A model generated the notes under the pieces. That model was not told the DNA's origin. It was given only the letters and a program-made list of their open reading frames with translations, and made no database searches. 64,000 bases of DNA from the NCBI RefSeq assembly GCF_009914755.1, contig NC_060937.1, one strand, 5' to 3'. Made by a program: the position numbers and the translations under genes. Of this stretch, positions 57,071 through 64,000 are shown one piece after another. This stretch comes from the human T2T-CHM13v2.0 reference genome, Homo sapiens. Every line of letters starts with the position of its first letter. Within the stretch, counting starts at the first letter, position 1.

Positions 57071-58200
57071 AGAAACTTCATGGCATCTTAAAGGCATTTC
57101 TTGATTCTGACACCATAAAACAAAACCATCTGTTGTCTTCTACATGGCACCTTAAGTACATTAACATCTTTGTGCCATAGTTTCCTAGTCTGTTGAAGAA
57201 GACTTGTGAAGAATAAATGAACTAATAAATGTGAAATTCTTAAAACAGTGCCTGGTGCTGCTGTTATGATTTCTCCTTTTGAAGCCCCAAGTCAGTCCTT
57301 TGTGTTCTAACTGCATCAAACCACTGCAATTACACAAAGAACATGCACCTGAGCCTTTGCACACAGTATTCCAAAGCCATCTGAAAAATGGAGTCTGCAG
57401 ACTTTCAGCTTCCATAATACAAAAGAGAGCTTAGGAGGGCAGAATGTCACTGAAAATTTCAGAGAAATGAGAAAGATTTCATATATAATTATAAAAATAT
57501 GTAAAACATTATTTTAGAACTGTTCTATAGTTGGCTATTTATATTTGATGTGTCAGTTTTTTTCTTTGAGATGTTTTACATAATCTAAAAACCAGTTAAG
57601 TTAAAATAAAATTTAGTCACTAAATATTATTAAGAGGGAGGCACTTTGCAATAGATAAGTTCTGTAAATATCAATATATTTCTATATAAAATGAAAAGTA
57701 CACCATTTGAAGCAGCCATACAAACACCTGACATATTTAGTGACTGAATTTCATACCTTATTATAATTTTTTCCAGGTGCATTCAATATCACTCCTTTAC
57801 AAAAATAACAGAGGTATCAGTTAATCACCAAGAGGAGGAGCCCATGACAAAGCTCCTCTAGATTACTTTTTTTATCTGATGACCTGATTACCAGAAGCAA
57901 AAGACCTATTAAACCCTTTATCTCTTAAAATATATTTTTCTAGAAAATATTAAATGTTCTTAGTATCAGAAACACCCCACAGAGCACTTTGTTAGACAGA
58001 ATGCATATATACTACATGAAAAGTCTTCCTATATATTCTCCATCCCCTCTCCCTTTTAAAGGAAGTGATTTAAACAAAAATTCCAGAAACTTCTAGGCTA
58101 GGCTTAGAATTTCCACAGTGGCCATTGATTGGGGAGAGAACAAAATAATGGTAAAAAGAAAAGTATCTGTCTTTATCTCCCTCTTTCTCTTATTCTCTCC

Positions 58201-58202
<2 letters not shown>

Positions 58203-58235
<33 letters not shown>

Positions 58236-58257
58236 CCTCTCCCCCCTCCACTCCCCA
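58203..58257. repeat. (CT)n / C-rich polypyrimidine tract
   Basis: Seen directly. Confidence 0.92.
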
Positions 58258-60819
58258 AATATATGCTAAAATTAGAATATATAATTAGTTTTAGAACATA
58301 CTAGTTTCTCCTTTATTATTTATCAATATAGGCATAACAGCTTAAGGGAGGCATTATCACAGTGTTTTAAATCACTGAATCTGACAGCCCTGGGATCATT
58401 TTTGTAAGGCATGTTCTAACTTCCAAGAGTTCAACACAAGCTACATAGCTAACTGAGTTAAGCACTGAAAAAAGACAGCCTCAGTCTCTGGAGAATGTCT
58501 TCAGAAGAACAAGGTAACTGGGGTACTAGGTCACTGCAAATCTACTTCCGAAAATGAGTAAAACAGACAGAGGAGAAAATAGTCCATGCAATATTAATGT
58601 ATATTGCATTCAAAAAAGAAATATGCTCTGACTGCCCTGCCTCTGTAACCTGGTGCCCTAATTTTACACATTCTAAGACTTATGCACTCCTAAACCGTCT
58701 GCCTGATACCTGTCCCTCCCTGAAATGTTTATGTCTCAAAATTCTTCATTTCTTCTTTTTTAGAGAGTAGAATCATCAAGATGCAAGTATGTTTGAGTGA
58801 AAAACATAACAATGTTGAATCAGAAGGAGAGAAACTACTGCAGTGGCCCAGAGGACTGCAAGTGCCTGAAAGCTCACTGGGGATGGAAAATATGACTTCC
58901 CTCTAGTTTCTTCATTCTGGGTTTGTCAAGGATACACACCCTACAGAGAGACCCCTCACCTTTCCCCACAAACGGTACCTCCTTTTCCTTCCCCTACTCA
59001 GTAGGAATGTGCTCTTTAAGGATTCTGCAAGAGCAGAACTGGTGAGAAAGGTGCTTTTAAAAACAGTGCTGTGGACTTCCATCCTAACCCAGTGCAGAGC
59101 ACTGGCACAGTATGTAAATGCTTAGTATATTTCTTTTCATGTTTGTTATGATCAAAAAGTCATTACTGACTTCACCATTGTAAACAATGAAACACCAAGC
59201 TATGAGTGATGATTTAAAGTGAAAATACAGCACAGGAGCCCCCAAAACACCTTATACTACATCATGCAATAATGTAATAATCCCCAAAAGCCCAAGCCAG
59301 CAAATATGCTGCACAGAAAACTGGTAAGACACTGAAAAGCAAACTTCGCCAAGAAAAAAAGTTCCACTGAAATTTTTATTCAGCTTATGATAGTGTATAC
59401 CATTTTCTTTTGGCCTTTGTAATTTCTCTGTCATTTAGTTTCTAAGAGAACATTGGTCAGCAGGCTTTATAACTGTTTTCTTCAGATGGAGAAGAATCAT
59501 GATAAAGGTCACATTTCCACTGCTAAGTGCTCTTGGATATGGTGATCCTGAAGAAACTGCTGCCTGTGGAGACTGCACTGATGGAACAGGGGAGCCACAG
59601 TCTGTTAGGCATAGAAAGCATGTCCTAAGACACAGTTCATTCTTATGGAAATTTACATGATTTAGGGTTTATGTTTCCATGTAAACCCATAAAACATAAT
59701 CCACACAATTTTAGAACAACGTTACACTCTATTTTATAAGGAACAGAAAAATCAGCTATATAATTTGCCATCTCCCTTGCCCAAATGTGTCAATACTTAA
59801 TTGATCCTTGCTTTTCCTTTTTGGTTGAGCTAATCAAGATAAATGTAAAAGCAACGGTGCCTAAAAGAACAGGCACTCAGCATATAGTTGATTGAAAGAA
59901 ATAAGAGGGAGACCCATAGAGAAACTATGAACATGATAAAAAATGTTGATTAAAACAATATAGTCATCTGGCTGTCTTTCGTTTACTTACATGAATGAGC
60001 CAATAAAATCAACGTTTACTTCACTGTATGGAAAATGTGAGTAAATATAATTCAGTTGAAAATCAAGATCTATACAATTTCAGATAGAGCAACAATTAGA
60101 GAGTCATTGAAAAGTTAGTAAGGGAAGTGGAAAAAGATAAAGAGAAGTGGGCAATGTATAACCTAGGAAGAGGTGCCACTGAGTAGTAGAGAGGTATGAT
60201 GGTGAAGACAGTCAGTGCGAGGGCTGGTCAGACAGTAGTTTTCCAGTTCATCACTGGCTTCCTTGAAAGGTACCATTTTCATTCTGTAAAGGTTTCTTGG
60301 ATGAGACGAGTTTTTACATGAAGGATTTGGAGGAAGTGGTGCAGCTGGCTGTCAGAGCGGAATATCATTTGTGAGCAGCAGGGAAGAATGCCTGCATGCT
60401 AGAAAGAAATGAAGGATGACGAAATGAGCCCAGTGCATTAGGCTGGAAGGAAAGCCACAGAGGGGCTGCAAAAGGATGCGCCATGGCAGTTAATACACAG
60501 CCACCTCGGGGGACAGCAGGCCTAACAATAACCATGTCAAAACTCAATTCCATATCAATGAGAAAGATGTTGTGAGGAATTCAAATCAAATAAAAATAAA
60601 GGCCATCAAAGCATACAGAGAATAGGATAGTACAAAAAGAATGGTGCCCCATCTCTGCCTCGTGAACTACATCATCCTTAAACTTCCCTGCTCTAGATTC
60701 TAAAGTCATTGTGACCAGGGGACCAAGCAGCAACCTTCGTGTTTCCAGAAATAGCAGATGATGCAAGGTTTTCCATTCAGAACTGGCAATTTTTAGCCTT
60801 CTTTCATCATTAAGCAAAT

Positions 60820-61040
60820 AATAAAAATAATCATAGCTTGTTTTATCAAGTGCTTCTGACTTGGCAGGCACTGCTCTGTGCACTGCATGAGTGAACTCAT
60901 ACCATCCTCGCAAAAACTCTATGCTATTATGATCCCCATTTCTCAGTTGAGGAAAACAGGTACAGGAATGTTAAGTAACTCTCCCAGAGTCGCAGAGCTA
61001 GTAAACAAGGAGGCGTGGGTTCCTCCTGAGCCCATGTTCA
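60820..61040 (-). mobile_element. MIR
   Basis: caggcactgctct...attatgatccccatttctcagttgaggaaaacagg...gttaagtaactctcccagagtcgcagagctagtaa. Confidence 0.85.
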
Positions 61041-61059
61041 TGACCAATACACATTGGCT

Positions 61060-61160
61060 GTCTCCTGAGACACTGGCACCAGCACTGAATATGACCTTGG
61101 AAAATCTTGCACTGCCTTCCAAGGCCCTCATTTTCATAGGCAGACAGGACCTATAGGTGA
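61060..61160 (+). mobile_element. MIR fragment (opposite orientation)
   Basis: tatgaccttggaaaatcttgc...cctcattttcat. Confidence 0.45.
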
Positions 61161-61398
61161 ACACTGAGTTATTCCGTCTCTATCAGATGCATGCCCATGG
61201 AGAGGGTTCATGGGCTAATGCCTAGGACCCAGGGAGAGTTTGACACATTTATCCTTCACATTTGGTTCATTCCTGAAAGCATCAATCCAGCTTCTAGGTC
61301 TTAGAAAAATCATTTTCACCTGATGTCTCTTCCTAACGTTGAGCATACCATAGGTTGAGCTTTAGGAAAAAAATCCGAATTTGCTTTCTGATTTAATT

Positions 61399-61463
61399 TT
61401 TAAAGCGATAAGGCCATCTCTTACAGCTGTCTTATCACTTTAAAGATTAGCTGTCAGCTAATC
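61399..61463. repeat. Two abutting inverted repeats (double hairpin)
   Basis: tttaaagcgataaggc-N14-gtcttatcactttaaa (14/16 matches), immediately followed by perfect gattagctg-t-cagctaatc. Confidence 0.85.
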
Positions 61464-64000
61464 AAGTACCCAGTGTTTGCATAATATTGCCTGTATAGGT
61501 TAGATCTTAAGCTTATCTGGATTTGCTAATTACCACTATTTATTTTCCTATAGCATGATATTGGGTTTGTGGATTTTCAAATCTGTAGAAGGTGTTCCTT
61601 CATGTTTGTCCTTGTGTGAGTGGTGTGATTCATTGCTGATTTACAAGAGCAAGTTCTTTCACATTAATGGCAGTAGAATGGAAGAGGGTTAAGAAGATGG
61701 AAAAGAGGGCGAAGAATAGGATTCGTGCTAAATGAATATGTGTATACACACGTATAATATCTGAGTAGAAAAATATTATCTGAGCAAATCAGTTATAAAA
61801 AGACACTAATCTTTCATGAGAGAGAAAAATGTTGATAGGAATGCATTTTTTTTTTTAATAATCTGATAGAGGTCGTCTCGTTGAAGGCAATATTCACTGC
61901 TAAACAGCTTTTGCTGTTCTCCAACCCTCCATCCATCCTTGTCTTGGCAATTTTGGAACATGTGGCATCTTCTTTCTTGGCTCCAATAAATTGCAGTGTT
62001 TGCTGCTCATCTTCTTTAACAGGAGTTCGTACCCTATTATGAAAATGGACATCTGAATATAATAGGCAGTCTAAGCCCCTGAAGATATCTTGGTTTGAAG
62101 ACAGAAAGAAACTTACAAATGAGGCAATAAAAAATAAATTGCACAACGTTGCATTTACTAACTAAGCAAGATAATAGAGTGTGAAAACCGAAGGGGCTGA
62201 GCAAGCAAGCTTCTGCCCCCTTCACAGCTGAGCTTTCATGTGACCCGCATGCTAATCCTGTCATGTGTAAGATGCATTATTGAGATGACATTCATTATTG
62301 GCATTAGGTATTCAGTTTGTTTGAAATTTTTCATTACTAACCTTCGCTTTTCCAAAGCCGATAACTCAGTGGCAAAAATTTATACCTTCTGTTATTCTTA
62401 AAGGGCCAAATTTGGCATAAAATTCTAGTGCTTAAAATGCAATTTTATTTCAGGGGAAAATTGGGCTTCATTGGAGTGAGACTCTATTAAATATTACAGA
62501 GGGTTACTAGCTAGCCTAACTGTTAAATCTGAGGATAAGAAGAGCAGTGGATACCACAGGGAATAATATTTTTATTTCTGTGTATATTCTGTAGATAGAC
62601 TTGCAATTATATTAAAATCCTGGTCTAGCAAGTTTGGAGGCCCTGGAAGAGAGAATTACTCTTGGGTGGCCAATGAAGGTATTTCTGGGAATGGGGGTCT
62701 GGAATAAAGCTTTACAGTACAGTCTTCCTGTTTCGAGGAAAGCCAGGAGACTTGTACATGTAAGGAGCCCAAGTGACAACAGAGATGAGATAAAGACTTA
62801 CGGCCGGGTGCAGGAATGCTCATGTGCTTCCGGTGAAGGCAAACTTGTGAGTGGTGTGGCCTCTCCCCAGTGAGCTGGGGTTGGTGATGCTATCACTGTA
62901 CATCAGGCCATGGGCTCAAGACAGCATTTTTCAACACTTTAATACCCATGCTCCCTTTAATACACTTGGTAATCTCGTCATTCCCACATGATTATAGTTT
63001 TCCCCAGAGTGCTCAATGTTAAGTCATATTAAAATGGAAATGTAATAGTTTCTCCAACACGTGACTCTTCCTCATTTCTTTACCTCTTACAGTAAACAGA
63101 CTTGATGTGTTCTCCTCTAAAAGCAGGGCTTTAACTGGAGGGAAAGGAGTGAGAGGGAAAGTGCGTTTCACAGTGCATGGTACATAGCAGGCTCTCAAAA
63201 AGGTTAGTCCTCTAGCTGGGCTGCTGGTGGAAAAAGGTGGAAAAAGGAAAACTAATGTTTTCAGCCCTATTAGATTTTGTACTTACCAGACGATTTTTAT
63301 TCAAGCCAGGCCTGATTGTGGGTCTCTAACCCTGATGGGGAAAATCCCACTGGGCTGATTATCCATAGGAAACTAAAGTTGTTACCAGCAAAGAGAAGAA
63401 ATATGATAAGAGACAGGGAGTTAGTAGGATTTTTGGCCCTAATATTTTGATTAAGATTTTTTTAAAGGTGCTATTATCCTGAATCTTTGTATATTTTATT
63501 TATTTTGCATGCCTGTTTCTCCATGGTGTATTCACATGCAAGCTTTTTGAGGACAGAATTGGGTGTTCTACTTGAAAGCATCAATGACAGCCTTGAGCTC
63601 CAAGCCCCTATACGTGTCCATCAGACTTGTCCATCAGACTGAAGGCCAGTCTTGGCTCCATACTGCAGCCCCACCCGTCTCCCCTCCCTGCAGTTTCAAG
63701 AAATGCCATGTACAAAATTACTGTTCTTAGGTTGTTTTATCATAGTTTGAGTATACAATAGATTGGTTCAAATTACACTTCATGTTGGATGGAAAAGAAA
63801 TATATATCCCTCTGGTCCATTTGCCCAGCAATGCATACTTTTTGGATAAAGTGAGTAACTAATAATACAAATCCTAAATAGAGTACAAAATGCTCTGTTT
63901 AAAGCAGTACATGTTGATCACATCATGAATAAGCTTTGAATCTTTTAAATCTATTAAGAACTGGAGCTATGGGAAATCAATTGCCTATGAATTTTAAAAT

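Noticed and set aside
60292-60370. Possible 79 nt exon reading FLDETSFYMKDLEEVVQLAVRAEYH
   Set aside because: Weak acceptor and donor, no recognisable protein and no partner exons; would need BLASTX or RNA-seq support.
61814-62146. 110 aa minus-strand ORF
   Set aside because: Non-ATG start, no known motif, runs through a homopolymer; likely chance.

Overview
Primate (most likely human) nuclear DNA. The window is AT-rich, CpG-depleted and intronic or intergenic in character. I see no CpG island, no credible host protein-coding exon, no structural RNA gene and nothing prokaryotic. A large part of it is interspersed repeat, recognised by eye from recalled consensus sequences, so subfamily names are approximate. 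The main elements are: a decayed MER57-type (ERV1/MER4-group) provirus on the minus strand (1-5941) with env and integrase relics; 14 Alus; a truncated L1PA; a 5'-inverted L1PB; an internally deleted, end-to-end L1MA2/3; older L1M, L2 and MIR fragments; MaLR LTRs (MSTA, MLT1); a solo LTR9; and an MLT1-type LTR attached to ERV-L RT and dUTPase relics. The recognisable ORFs in the supplied track are repeat-derived and the rest look like chance frames. I found no convincing new biological system. The most unexplained structures are an ~800 bp foldback element with ~210-230 bp inverted arms (24132-24929), a tandem double hairpin with GATA/E-box sites (61399-61463), and a 38 bp insert in an L1 that matches sequence 1.3 kb away.
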